A stretch of DNA of 62,751 bases, the filler included, from Basidiobolus meristosporus CBS 931.73 (taxonomy: Eukaryota > Fungi > Basidiobolomycota), in NCBI GenBank assembly GCA_002104905.1. It is 4 parts of 4 records of this genome, joined end to end, with 100 filler letters (N's around TTAATTAATTAA, not from the genome) between each part and the next. Parts side by side here need not be neighbours in the genome. Positions count along the whole stretch, not along the records: positions 1 to 29,342 come from MCFE01000869.1; 3 more parts are not named here. One strand, written 5' to 3'. The notes below the pieces were generated by a model. That model had not been told where the DNA came from and ran no database searches. It saw only the letters and a list, made by a program, of their open reading frames with translations. Below, in pieces: positions 1-11,040 of the stretch (position 1 is its first letter; each line of letters starts with the position of its first letter). A program made the position numbers and the translations under genes.

Positions 1-1575
1 CATCCCTTCCCTTTCAACCAACTCTTCACTCAGGGATTATTGGGGAGTTCGCATCGATTAAGTGAATCGGAGGCTGTGGGATGGGATGTTCCCAAAACTT
101 GAAAAACAGTAAACAAGCCGCTGGCCAATCGTCGAAATGTCAACAATGCTGGGCCAGTCATCATCGATGCTGACTGGATGCTCGTGATAATTGGAGCATG
201 ACTCCCATTGATTTGCCAATCATTTATATTGATCTTGGGTTAGGTGATTGAGCGCAGTTTTGCCGGCCAGGAAGCCCACATACTACCTGGGGATTCAAAC
301 CTCCGGTAATCATTACGTTAGTCATCAGCATAAAAGCCATTGTTGTCCGGTTTCGGAAATTTTTCTGGTTGCTCGATAATTCTCCGCTTTATTGGCTGAG
401 ACGACGGTTGTTTATACGAGGAGGCTTTTCCATACGATAAAGTGAAACGGCCATCGATATTGATCCGACTAGTTGCGTTAAATCAACGTTGCTTGATTCT
501 TCATTTTTGAGGGGCAGTCCGGCACCCATAGTTGCCAGGTCTCGAACAAGATCGGAGCATGGTGGGTGGTCGGATCGGCACCATTGCCCATTCAGATAGC
601 CTTTTGGTACTTGGGACCAAGTCTTCCCAGTCGGAGGTAGAGATTGTGGATGGGCAATGCACGACTATCGGATTTTCTATTTGACCAACTCCAGTGGATC
701 ATGTAACCAAATATCCCTCCTGAGTTCTCTTACGGAGGGTACATTTTCCCTATCACACTGAGGTTACGCAAGATCAGAGTTCTGATTTGTACAATAGATT
801 CTCTTGGGATTTCTATAAGCGTTACGTCACGAAGGAGTATCGGTGGGTTATTAATCCAACACCGACTTAACACAATGGTCCCTGGCGAGCTTAAAAATTG
901 TTTTCCTGACAACCAAACCAAAGAGGGACGTGTATTGCAATAAACTTAATTCAATCTTGTGACCCCTGGATCCAGAGTCACCTACACACATAGATATATG
1001 TTACTAAACTTATCCCTCAACCATGTTTTATTCATTGTGTACTAGAGCATCACTGCGGTCTCTTTCGTACATACCACTTGCTTATTACCTTATTTTGTGG
1101 GTATTTCAAAAGAGTATGTATTGAGCGGCCCAGGGCATTGTTTTGGTATTCACGGACTCAACGTTTAGATAATTGCACGAAAATTGCGAGTTGTGCTAAT
1201 GATGCAGCCCACGCATTTATTAATCTATGGCGTGAAGGTAGTCTTTGTTATATCCATTATTGCTAAATTAGCACCATGGTTAAGTGATTTAAGATTACAT
1301 ATATAATATTCTTATTCAACAAAGCATACATGCAAGAGTTGGCATCTTTTAGACAAGCTTGCAAATCACATCCAAACAATATCTGCTATCTAGCTGAAAT
1401 TATTATAAGTAAGTCCTGATATTAGATTTGGGCTGGAAATAGTTTGGCACGTGATGCTGCAAGTATTGGAACTGCACCTAAATGTTCCTCTGCTGAAGAG
1501 TTGGATGTACCAAACCATCATGTTTGAAAGGTGAGTATAAATATGAAAATGATGCTGGAGGAAGAAAGCTAATGT

Positions 1576-1920
1576 TGTTGTAAGAGTCTTGGACATATTG
1601 GAAGTGATTTGGGAACAAGAGGATTATATGGTTTCCACTTAATGATTAATGAATGTAAAAGTAGTGTTTATACATTTACTTGCTCTAGGCATAACAAGCA
1701 CCTAAAATATGTTTAGGAAGATCTCAAGAGTATGTGTGCAAAGTTTGGGGCTGTTTAGGCAACTCATCAAATTTTCATGTTCTGGGTACCTGATGTTTTA
1801 GTGAGAATATTCCAAGTAAATCCCAACAAGGAATTTAGTCAGTATTCTAAGATTTGTAGGTAAAGATCTGATTGGCAAAGTTATGTGAATATTTAAGTAG
1901 AATTATGAGCTTCTATAACA
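1576..1920 (-). mobile_element. Copia family-A LTR (3' LTR, polypurine tract adjacent at 1921-1935)
   Basis: TGTTGTAAGAG...TAACA ends. Homologous to the LTRs of the complete copia at 30642-36134. Followed by ctcccactcagctaa, the reverse complement of the family PPT. Confidence 0.85.
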
Positions 1921-1935
1921 CTCCCACTCAGCTAA

Positions 1936-2308
1936 CCCTATAACTCAACCAATTCAAAAGAGCTTGGTGCCATATGAGGGCTTGGAACTCCCTTACCAGT
2001 CTAAAGTTGGCAGTCTGAAGTATATCATGCTTTTAACATGTTGAGATATCTCATATTCAATGGATGTTGTCAGCCAACATAATCAGAACTATGGATCTGA
2101 TCATATTGGAGCAGTTAAGTGGATTTTTATACACTTAAAGGAGCTGCTGATATCTACTTAGGGTACACCTATAGTATTTGGAACAGGATCTTGTGGGATA
2201 CTCTAATGCAGATTGGGGACAAAACTTAGATAACCAAAGATCCACAACAGGCTACACCTTTTTTAGTGCAGAGGAGCAATTCAATGGAATTTAAGGAAGC
2301 AACCTACA
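1936..2308 (+). pseudogene. Degenerate copia RT/RNase H fragment
   Basis: Aligns by eye to 29443-29810 (GYSDADW region) with stops and indels. Interrupted by the LTR at 2309. Confidence 0.8.
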
Positions 2309-3236
2309 TGTTGTAAGAGTCTTGGAGATAATGGAAGTGATTGGGAGAACAAGTAGATTATGTGGTTTTCACTTAATGATTTATTGAATGTAAAAGTAGT
2401 ATTTATACTTTTACCTGGTCTTGGCATTACAAACATGTAGAATAGGCTAAGAAAGGTCCCAAGAGCATGTGTACAAAGTGTGGGGCTGTTTGGACAACTT
2501 TGAGAATTTTCATGTTCTGGGTACCTGGTATTTTGGTGAAAATATTCCAAGTAAATCCCAACAAGGAATTTGGTCAGTATTCTCTAGGATTTTAAGGTAA
2601 TGATCTAAGTGACCAAGTTAGGTGAATATTTAGGTGGAAATACAAATTTTTACAACACTCTCACTCAGCTAAATGTTCATGCTGACTAGTCCTAATTTTG
2701 CCCTAAGATATTCAAACTTGCCTCTAGCTAATGGTTTGGTAAGTATGTCTGCAATCATTTCATCTGTAGGACAGTAAAATAAGCTAACTAAGCTATTCTC
2801 TATAGCTTCACATATGAGATGATGTCTAATATCTATGTGCTTGGTTCTAGCATGAAAAGTTGGATTTCTACCTAATTGTATACATCCTTGATTATCTTGA
2901 AATAAAGTAATAGGTGTTTTTGACATAGGCCTAAATCTGTAAAAAATTTTCTTAACCACATTGCTTCTTTTGTAGCTTAACAGGTTGCTATATACTCTGC
3001 CCCTGTGGTAGAAAGTGCTACGGTTGGTTGCCTTCTTGAATTCCATAAAATTGCTCCTTTACAGTAAAGAAAGGTGTATCCTGTTGTGGATCTTCTGTCT
3101 TCTAAATTTTGTCCCCAATCAGCATCAGAGTATCCCACAAGATCCTGTTCTGAATCCTTATAAGTGTATCCTAAGCAGATATCAGCAGTTCCTTTTAGGT
3201 ATCTAAAAATCTGCTTAACTGCTGCAATACAATCAG
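2309..3236 (-). mobile_element. Copia family-A 3' end: LTR 2309-2657, PPT, RNase H relic
   Basis: LTR termini TGTTGTAA/TTACAACA. ORF 2669-3046 has FQDNQGCIQLGRNPTFHARTKHIDIRHH...ADILTKPL, the copia RNase H motif. Confidence 0.9.
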
Positions 3237-3279
3237 TGTTGTAAGAGTCTTGGAGATATTGGCAGTAATCAAGAAAATA

Positions 3280-3939
3280 TGCTCTGACAATGGTTGAGAA
3301 TATACCTCAAAACCTTATATCCACTTCTGCAAAATTCATGGGATAAAGCAAGAGGTTACTGTACCATACTCCCCACAGCAAAATGAAGTAGCAAAACATG
3401 CAAATAGATCAATAATTGATATGGCAAGATCTATGATCCATGATCAAAAATTATCCAAAGGTATTTGGGCGGAATCAGTTGCTACAGCTGTATACCTTAA
3501 AAATAGGAGTTATAACAGAATACTTTATGATTCTACTCCATTTGAAGCATGGCATGGATACAGACCAAGTGCAGAACATCTAAGAATATATGGGTGTACA
3601 GCATATGCCAAGAAAATGCCTGGAAATCAGTTAAAATTTGAGCCAAAAAGTGTAAAATGCATATTCTTGGGCTACTGCAATGTGAGTAAAGCATACAGAC
3701 TCTACAATACCAAAGCAAAGAAGATAATCAAGTCCAGAGATGTGTTGTTTCATGAAAAATCAAAATTTTCACAAACCATAACATCAGATGAGGACAAAAA
3801 TCAGATCTTTAGTCCACCAATTGTCAGGACTGAATCAGAGCAAAACAATGAACATTTTTTCACTCTAGAGGATTCTACAACCATGTTTCAGCCTGAATTG
3901 GTGCCCAGAAATATCCCAGAAGTGATCATTCCAGTTTCA
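3280..3939 (+). pseudogene. Copia integrase fragment
   Basis: ORF 3421-3975 (WAESVATAVYLKNRS...CIFLGY...YRLY) is near-identical to the integrase at 32418-33638. It breaks off at ccagtttca where the NUMT starts. Confidence 0.9.
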
Positions 3940-4912
3940 GACCCAATACTAATGGTTGAATCCAGCTTATTGTAGTGTTAAGCCAATTAAAGTCAACATC
4001 AATATGCGCGGGAAACCAGGCTGCCCCCTTGGGGCCATAGGCAATCATAGCCGTAAAAGCAGGTAGTAATGGTACTAAGTAACCTCCAAAGAATAATATA
4101 ATAGTAAAAGTAGAAATTAAGATCATAGAATCATATTCTGCCGGGAAGAACAGAGCAAAACTTAGAGAAGAATGTTCTGTGTTGAATCCTGAAACTAATT
4201 CACTTTCTGCTTGGGGTAAATCAAAAGGTGCTTGATTAGTTTCAGCTAGGGCAGAAATATAGAATATCAGAGCTAAAGGTAATAAAGGAAATAAGAACCA
4301 AATAGCTTTTTGTGATTCAATAATTGAACTTAGATTTAATGTTCCAGCTATTATTACTATTGGTAGTATAATCAATCCAAAGTTTATTTCATAAGCAATC
4401 ATTTGGGCTGTTGATCTTAATGAACCTAAAAATGCATATTTAGAGTTAGCAGACCAACCTGCAAATATAATTCCGTATACTCCTAATGAAGATATTGCTA
4501 ATAAATATAGTATTCCATTATTCATATCTGATAAAGCTAATCCTTTTGAGTAAGGTATTACTGCCCAACCCAAAATACTTAATGTTAAACTTAGTATAGG
4601 TGCACCTAAGAATATTGCTCTATTTCCATGAGATACTATAATTGTCTCTTTTAGGAATAATTTTAAACCATCCGCTAAAGGTTGTAATATCCCAAATAAA
4701 CCTACTTTATTTGGTCCTAACCTTCTTTGCATTGAACCCATAACCTTTCTTTCTGCTAAAGTTAAATAAGCAATAGTTAATAATAAAGGTAGAATTATCA
4801 CTATATCCTCTGTCAATGAGTTTAACAATATAAGACAAAACAATTTCATAATACATCCCCCCACCTCCTGAGTATTTCCCCCCCCCTCAACCATCCCCCC
4901 CTCACCTGCTTG
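3940..4912 (-). pseudogene. nad1: NUMT: mitochondrial nad1 (3'-truncated) plus upstream non-coding mtDNA
   Basis: Translation from ~4849 contains [19 protein letters not shown]...QPLADGLKL and [22 protein letters not shown]-rich organellar codon usage. Stops at LVLGLK, about 50 aa short. Conserved motif substitutions R>Q, E>Q, L>P. Confidence 0.93.
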
Positions 4913-4914
4913 TT

Positions 4915-5460
4915 GAGGAAGGTCCCAAGAATATGTGTGCAAAGTTTGGGGGCTTTAGGACAGCTTTGAGAAACACTATAACATGGGTACCTGATAACTT
5001 GGTGAAAATATTACAAGTAAATCCTAACAAGAAATTTGGTCAGGACAGAATGCTAATCCAAAAATAAGATCTATGTGACTAAGTTGGTATGACTACCTAG
5101 GTGGCAACTTAATAATTACAACATTTTATACATCAAATGAATGTAAAAATTGCTTTTTTGAATAAAGAACCTGATGAGGACATGTATGTGGACCAGCCTG
5201 ATGGGTTTGTTAGCCAAGATAGCTCTCATTTGGTCTGCAAGCTTGCAAAGTCTCCATATGGACTCACACAATTACCAAGAGTTTAGCTTACCAAATAGAT
5301 TCTTACTGGGAGTATCTGAGTTTCAAAAGGAGTAATGCTGACTATAGCATACACTATAAGCCAGATAGTGCAAATCCAGTTTTATTAGCTCTATATGTGG
5401 ATGATCTTATTATAGCCACCAATAACTTAGAAATATTGGAAAAGACTAAATCCAGCCCAT
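4915..5460. mobile_element. Copia LTR-A fragment (4915-5123) followed by + strand RT fragment
   Basis: gaggaaggtcccaagaatatgtgtgc...ttacaaca, then a degenerate HQMDVKTAFLNG-like region matching the reverse of 31900-32220. Confidence 0.8.
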
Positions 5461-5476
5461 CTAAGGGCTCAAGATG

Positions 5477-5536
5477 CCCTATGAAAATTATTGTAATGAT
5501 CCCATCAAAAGGCTGTCACAAAGTTAAAGTCCCATT
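5477..5536 (+). mobile_element. CACTA/CMC element terminus fragment
   Basis: CCCTATGAAAA...tcaaaaggctgtcacaaa. The same terminus occurs at 16387, 19187 and 40344. Confidence 0.6.
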
Positions 5537-5540
5537 GCAA

Positions 5541-5858
5541 TGTAGTGGGGTGACAGTGACACCCACTGACAGATGTGCTTATTCCCTTATTTTCTACTTC
5601 CCTATATCTCTACTACATTTATTTTAGTTTCCCCTTTTGTTTTACCCAATCAGTACTATCCCATAAGCCGGTTGACTATCACACCTGCTTACCTTATTGC
5701 ATAAGTTACTCCTCACTTTATGTAGATTACTAGCTATAAGTGCTTCTATATTAGGCAAGTACCCGTGCCAGTACCTGTGACACATGATCAACCCGTGTCA
5801 CCATCCCTACCATTTCTGTACCATATATGGTATCCCTATGTTACACAGGTTTCAGAAT
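5541..5858 (+). mobile_element. Gypsy family-C LTR, 5' fragment
   Basis: TGTAGTGGGGTGACAG start. Collinear with 7693-8030. Confidence 0.85.
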
Positions 5859-6582
5859 ACCAACTTTAGCACTTTCAACCAAAGAGGCAGAGTATATGGC
5901 AGCCTGTGAAGCTACAAAAGAAGCAATGTGGTGAAGGAAGCTTTTTGAAGATTTAGGCTTATGTCAAAAAATGCCTATTACATTATTTCAAGATAACCAA
6001 CAATGTATACAATTAGGTAGAAATCCAACTTTTATGCCAGAACTAAGCACATATATATCAGACATCATTTCCTACATGAGGCTTTAGAGAATAACTTAGT
6101 TAACCTAGCTTACTGTCCTACAGATGAAATGATTGCAGACCAAATTACCAAACCATTGGCTAGAGACAAGATTGAATATCTTTGGCCAAAATTAGGACTG
6201 GTCAGTATGAGCATTTGGTTGGGTGGAAGTGTTGTAAAAATTTGTAATCCCACCTAAGTATTCACCTAACTTAGTCACTGAGATCATTTCCTTCAGATCC
6301 TAGAAAATACTGACCAAAATCCTTGTTGGGATTTACCTGGAGTATTTTCACCAAATATCAGGTAATCAGAACATAAAAATTCTCAAAGTTGTTCAAACAG
6401 CCCCAAACTTACACACATGCTCCTGGGGCCTTCCTAAACCTATTCTACATGTTTGTGTTTATTATGGCATGACCATGTAAGAGTATAAATACTACTTTTA
6501 TGTTCAATAAATCATCAAGTGAAAACCACATAATCCACTTGTTCTCTGATTCACTTCCAATAACCCTGAGACTTGTACAACA
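5859..6582 (+). mobile_element. Copia family-A 3' end: RNase H relic and LTR 6230-6582
   Basis: Degenerate VALSTTEAEYMAACEA region, PPT-like ttggttgggtggaag, LTR TGTTGTAAAAA...TACAACA. Confidence 0.85.
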
Positions 6583-6599
6583 GCCTTTACAATCTAGCC

Positions 6600-7500
6600 A
6601 GCTGTTGTGGGCACTATAGATAGTATTGCTGTTAAATGTGTGAGATCTCAAGGATTTATTCCATAATGCACACTCACTATTATTAATAGAACTTCAATAC
6701 TAAGAATACTGTTTTCCTACCAAGAGAATATACAGAAGTCTGCATGCAATTGCAGCAAAGCCAGCAAGCTAGATGTAATTGGCAAGTATGTGGAATTCAA
6801 CCAAAAGCAGTGATACTAAAGGCATAGGTAATCTGGTGAGGCAAAGCTTTCCACTGGGCACAATGCATTTGCACTTCAGCATTATCCCTATTCTAATGAC
6901 CAAGTTGTACATAGGGCATTTAGAGCAAAATGAGCCCTTTGAGATACCAGGGAAATCTGAAAGAACTGACTAGATATAGCAAAGTATCCAATACCCAACA
7001 TACTTTGTACAAGTTAGGCCTTATAAAGCAATTTCTACTCAGGGTGCATTGGAAGCATTAGGAGTCATATGTTGACTCTATAGCAATATTTATCCAGAAG
7101 CAGATTACCTATGCAACTTGACATATTAAAGCATTTATGAAAGGGGTCTGTCATAGGATATTGGTAGCTATACTACAAGCATAAAGCTGAATGTAGAGAC
7201 CTATGCCACTACTGCATCTTAATTAAAGTGAGAAGAAAATTGCACTTTGCTTCTCCTTTTAGGAGTTTCTTATAGAGTGGATGTGTGGGGGGATAGGAAG
7301 ACAAGTCAAGTTGCCAGACTTCCATATTGCAATCTCATCACAAATATTACCTTCAAGTCTGTCATGGATGTGATGAGTTGGAACATGGAGGACAGTTAGG
7401 AAGAGCTGGGAAATACTGAGGAGAGATGTGCACATGGAGACACCTACCCCTTTGGCATTAAGAAGCTAAGCAGCCCCAATTTGTTGGTAATCTGTTAAGT
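6600..7500 (+). pseudogene. CACTA/EnSpm transposase relic
   Basis: Collinear with 44300-45130, which carries Tnp2-type motifs. Confidence 0.65.
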
Positions 7501-7692
7501 ACTACCCTATAAAAAAATATGTTGGTCTCTAGGGTGGATCCAGTCCAGATCAGCCATCAGGATCCTTCAATGAGGCCATCATAATGCTAGCAGCTTGGAA
7601 TTAGCCCTCTACACAATTTTACAAGAGATTATGATGACACTATGCAGAATTTTCTGCTAGATAAAGTTAAAAGCTTGAGAGTGTTTGAGCGG

Positions 7693-8763
7693 TGTAGTGG
7701 GGTGATAGTGACACCCACTGACAGATGTGCTCATTCCCATATTTTCTACTTCCCTATATCTCTACTACACTTATTTTAGTTTTATCCCATTTGTCTTACC
7801 TGATCAGTACAATCCCATAAGCCGGTTGACTATCACATCTGCTTACCTTATTGCATAAGTTACCCCTCATTTTATGTAAGATTACTAGCTATAAGTGCTT
7901 CTATATTAGGCAAGTACCCGCGCCAGTACCTGTAACACCTGATCAGCCCGTGTCATCATCCCTACCATTTCCATACCACATATGGTATCCCTATGTTACA
8001 CAGGCTTCAGAATACTGGTTCCTGATTGGTTGGATGTGCTGTGCCTCTTAGAACCTTCCGGTACCTACTTAGAACATTCTTAGATCATTCTGAAGTCATT
8101 AAGATTTCTACTGATATCCAGAACCTTCTGGAACACCACAATTAGTAATCACTTAGCCAGTAAGAAAAGTATATAAGGGAGGCTATCCCTCAGCAATAAA
8201 TCATCATCCCTTTTATCAATGTACCAACTTGTTGATTAGTGTGATTGCTGCTACCTGCTGCTACCTGAACTCCCAACCCTAGACCACAGGACACTCCCAG
8301 GAAACCATGCTGACAGCATGTTGACCTTGGAAGCACTACTTGTGAGGAATACTCAGAGTAGGTCTCTTTTATTATATTTAATTCTTTCCCAAGTTTGTTC
8401 TTGTACAGGCAAAGATACTTTTCTGTCTTTGTAACTATTGACCACAGCTGCATTCTTATCAAGTCTCTGCTGGTGGAGTTTACAGTTGTTTTGACTTTGG
8501 AAGCTTTAGTACATTGTCATTTCAAAGGACACTGAACCCAGCACATACTTTTGTTAAGATGCCAACTAAGTTGGGGATTGTTGCTTAATAGTTTTACCTT
8601 GACAAGCCTGTGGCTTTATTCCCCTTCACATTAGATTAGAGACAGAACCCAAGTATTCCTAGCAAGCTTTTGCCAGAGGTTATTGCACCCAGTGAGCACC
8701 CCACACAAAAAACACTTGGGAAGTGTTGGATGTACCTCTCCCTTGGACCTATACACCACCACA
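7693..8763 (+). mobile_element. Solo LTR, gypsy family C (1071 bp), 4-bp TSD GCGG
   Basis: TGTAGTGG...CCACCACA termini. gcgg at 7689-7692 and 8764-8767. Same length as 61445-62515. Confidence 0.93.
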
Positions 8764-8932
8764 GCGGTCTTTTGGCAAGAATTGCATGGCATCCTAACAG
8801 TCTCAATGCACTCTGCATTTATTTGAACAAGCCTAACATGCCAAAATATCCATTTACCATATATGGCAAGAAACTTGACAGTGCTCTGATGGCCTCATTG
8901 CAGACCCCTGCTGGCATTATTATGGCAGTATG

Positions 8933-9283
8933 TGTTGTAAGAGTCTTGGAGATATTGGAAGTGATTTGGAGAGCAAGTAGATTATGTGTTTTTCACTTAA
9001 TGATTTATTGAATGTAAAAGTAGTATTTATACTTTTACCTGGTCTTGGCACTACAAACATGTAGAATAGGTTAAGAAAGGTCCTAAGAGCATGTGTGCAA
9101 AGTTTGGGGCTGTTTGGACAACTTTGAGAATTTTCATGTTCTGGGTACCTGGTATTTTGGTGAAAATATTCTAAGTAAATCCTGACAAGGAGTTTTGGTC
9201 AGTATTCTCTAGGATTTGAAGGTGATGATCTAAGTGACTAGGTTAGGTGAATATTTAGGTGGAAATACAAATTTTTTACAACA
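8933..9283 (-). mobile_element. Solo LTR, copia family A, 5-bp TSD GTATG
   Basis: gtatg at 8928-8932 and 9284-9288, with TGTTGTAA/TTACAACA termini. Confidence 0.95.
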
Positions 9284-9655
9284 GTATGGTGGCCTACAGC
9301 CAGTTCTGTATAATGCCACCATACCAATTTACTGAATGGTATATCCATTCTCTACCTCCTATTGTGCCATCTATTTATTCTGCTGCAGAATCACCCCTTG
9401 TGACTTGCTTACCTATTACTACCTTAGGTATTCCATATATAGCTCAAGTAAGGCAAATTATGACCTCCTGCTTACTAACCTCTGCAATCATTCATGCCTG
9501 GTGCAATTGACATACTGCTATCACCTCAACCATATGGCTTCACAGTGTAGCACTTGCAAAGTTGCTGTGTACCTTGTATTGCTGATAACATACATATCTT
9601 GCAAACATATGCTTGATTGTTGCCACTTTTGCCATGAATTCCTCCTGAATATCTG

Positions 9656-10024
9656 TGTTGTGGTATGTTGCTTGGATGTCTAAGCTTGATCAGCTTTTAG
9701 TCAAATTAATTGGTTTTATATTTAGCCTATCAGTATATTATTATATCTATCAAATCAGTAATATTAGTTAGCAGATGAATCAGCAGATCCTTATCAGACA
9801 GAGATAGATATTTTGAGTGAGATCTAATTGGGTGATGATGATGCAATCAGATGAATCAGCAGCCACAACCTACTTTAGGAAATACAATTAGTCAGCAATT
9901 GATCTGGCAAAATGAATATAAGGAGCTGCTGGAACCTCAATAGTGATCAGCTCAAGTTATAGTAAGTACAATAATAGCTAAACTCCTTGTTCCTCTACAA
10001 CTCTTATATCAAGACTTGCAAAAA
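9656..10024 (+). mobile_element. Gypsy family-F LTR
   Basis: Collinear with 24384-24752 (gggtgatgatgatgcaatc and cctctacaactcttat motifs). Confidence 0.85.
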
Positions 10025-10069
10025 AACAAGGCCTCCCTGGTGCACTATGGCATCATTCAGCACTCAGGG

Positions 10070-10690
10070 CTGAATGTACCACTATTCAGTGTAATAAGTC
10101 TTATATATTTAATTCTGTCCAATAAGAATCTGCTGACTTTTCTGGAGACTAAAACTATTGATTTAATAGATAATACAGATGTAATAACAGGCAAAACATA
10201 AGACTAATTGATTTGACTAAAATCTTATCTAGCTTACACATTGAAGCATTAGATCATGGCATTCCCCCTACTAAGGCTTAGAGTGCTCTCCTGAATTTCT
10301 TTTCTTGTGGTACCAATATCTTGATGGTTCAGCATAGTTGGTGAGTTATTCATGCCTGAGTCTGTCTCTATGAGCTAGATCTACTTGGATATTCCCTTGT
10401 TTGCCTACCAGTAGGTAAGTTGCAAATGGATATTCTCTGAAGATCTTGAGTGGTCCTGTCCTTTGTGGCTCAAACTTCTTCCAGGTGTTATTTCTTAGCA
10501 ATACAAAGCTCCTGGCTGTCAAAGCTGCTGGTAATATAGTCTTATCAAATATCTGCTTCATTTTTTCTGCACTTGTAGAGATGTTAGCCTGTGCCTCCTG
10601 ACACTTCTGTTCTAATTTTTAGTGTCTACTAGGCAGACTATGTTCATTGTCCAAGTTGTCAGTGAGTTTTGATGTGTGAGATCTCCTGAA
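10070..10690 (-). mobile_element. Gypsy family-F 3' end: integrase tail, PPT and LTR fragment
   Basis: ORF 10346-10561 is near-identical to 28863-29315 (RNNTWKKFEPQ.TGP). PPT tagtaggggga, then an LTR start near 10261. Confidence 0.85.
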
Positions 10691-10779
10691 ATCCTTTGCT
10701 CACATCCATGCACCAAGTAAAATGGCAATTGTTGGGTAGTGTTGTGTACCTAAATCTCATGGTATATGAAACTTGCAAC

Positions 10780-11040
10780 TTCTTGTTGAATGCTGTCTTT
10801 AAATTTTAACGCTAAGGTAAAGCCTATATACAAGACTTGTTCCATTGTACCATGCCAGGGTGCACAGCACAATCCGCAGTCTCTAAGAACAATCAGGCAC
10901 AATATTGTAGCTAGCAGTAGGCAGGATTGCTCATGGTCAGTCTTGCACACTATGGTACAGTCTGACACAATGAGGTTGGCATGGATGATTGTGCCAGCTT
11001 GTAATGTTTGCATCACATGCACAATTGGATACTGCTATGA
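10780..11040 (-). mobile_element. CACTA/CMC internal fragment
   Basis: Reverse complement of 22900-23120. Confidence 0.6.

Larger units (their letters stand above)
7505..9655. mobile_element. CACTA/CMC element end, interrupted by two solo LTRs
   Basis: Starts CCCTATAAAA. Similar to 22109-22420 at 7505-7620 and 9500-9655. Confidence 0.55.

Noticed and set aside
1-960. CpG-normal unique sequence with short protein-like frames (e.g. DLYNRFSWDFYKRYVTKEY)
   Set aside because: Every frame is interrupted and no family is recognisable. It may be a decayed gene or intergenic DNA, and a translated search is needed.
3926-4942. Functional nuclear or bacterial nuoH/nad1 gene of 338 aa
   Set aside because: The ORF start lies in an LTR fragment and poly-G tract, the C-terminus is missing, conserved residues are mutated and there is no targeting peptide. 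Its longer loop before the last helix is in a region known to vary among fungal Nad1.
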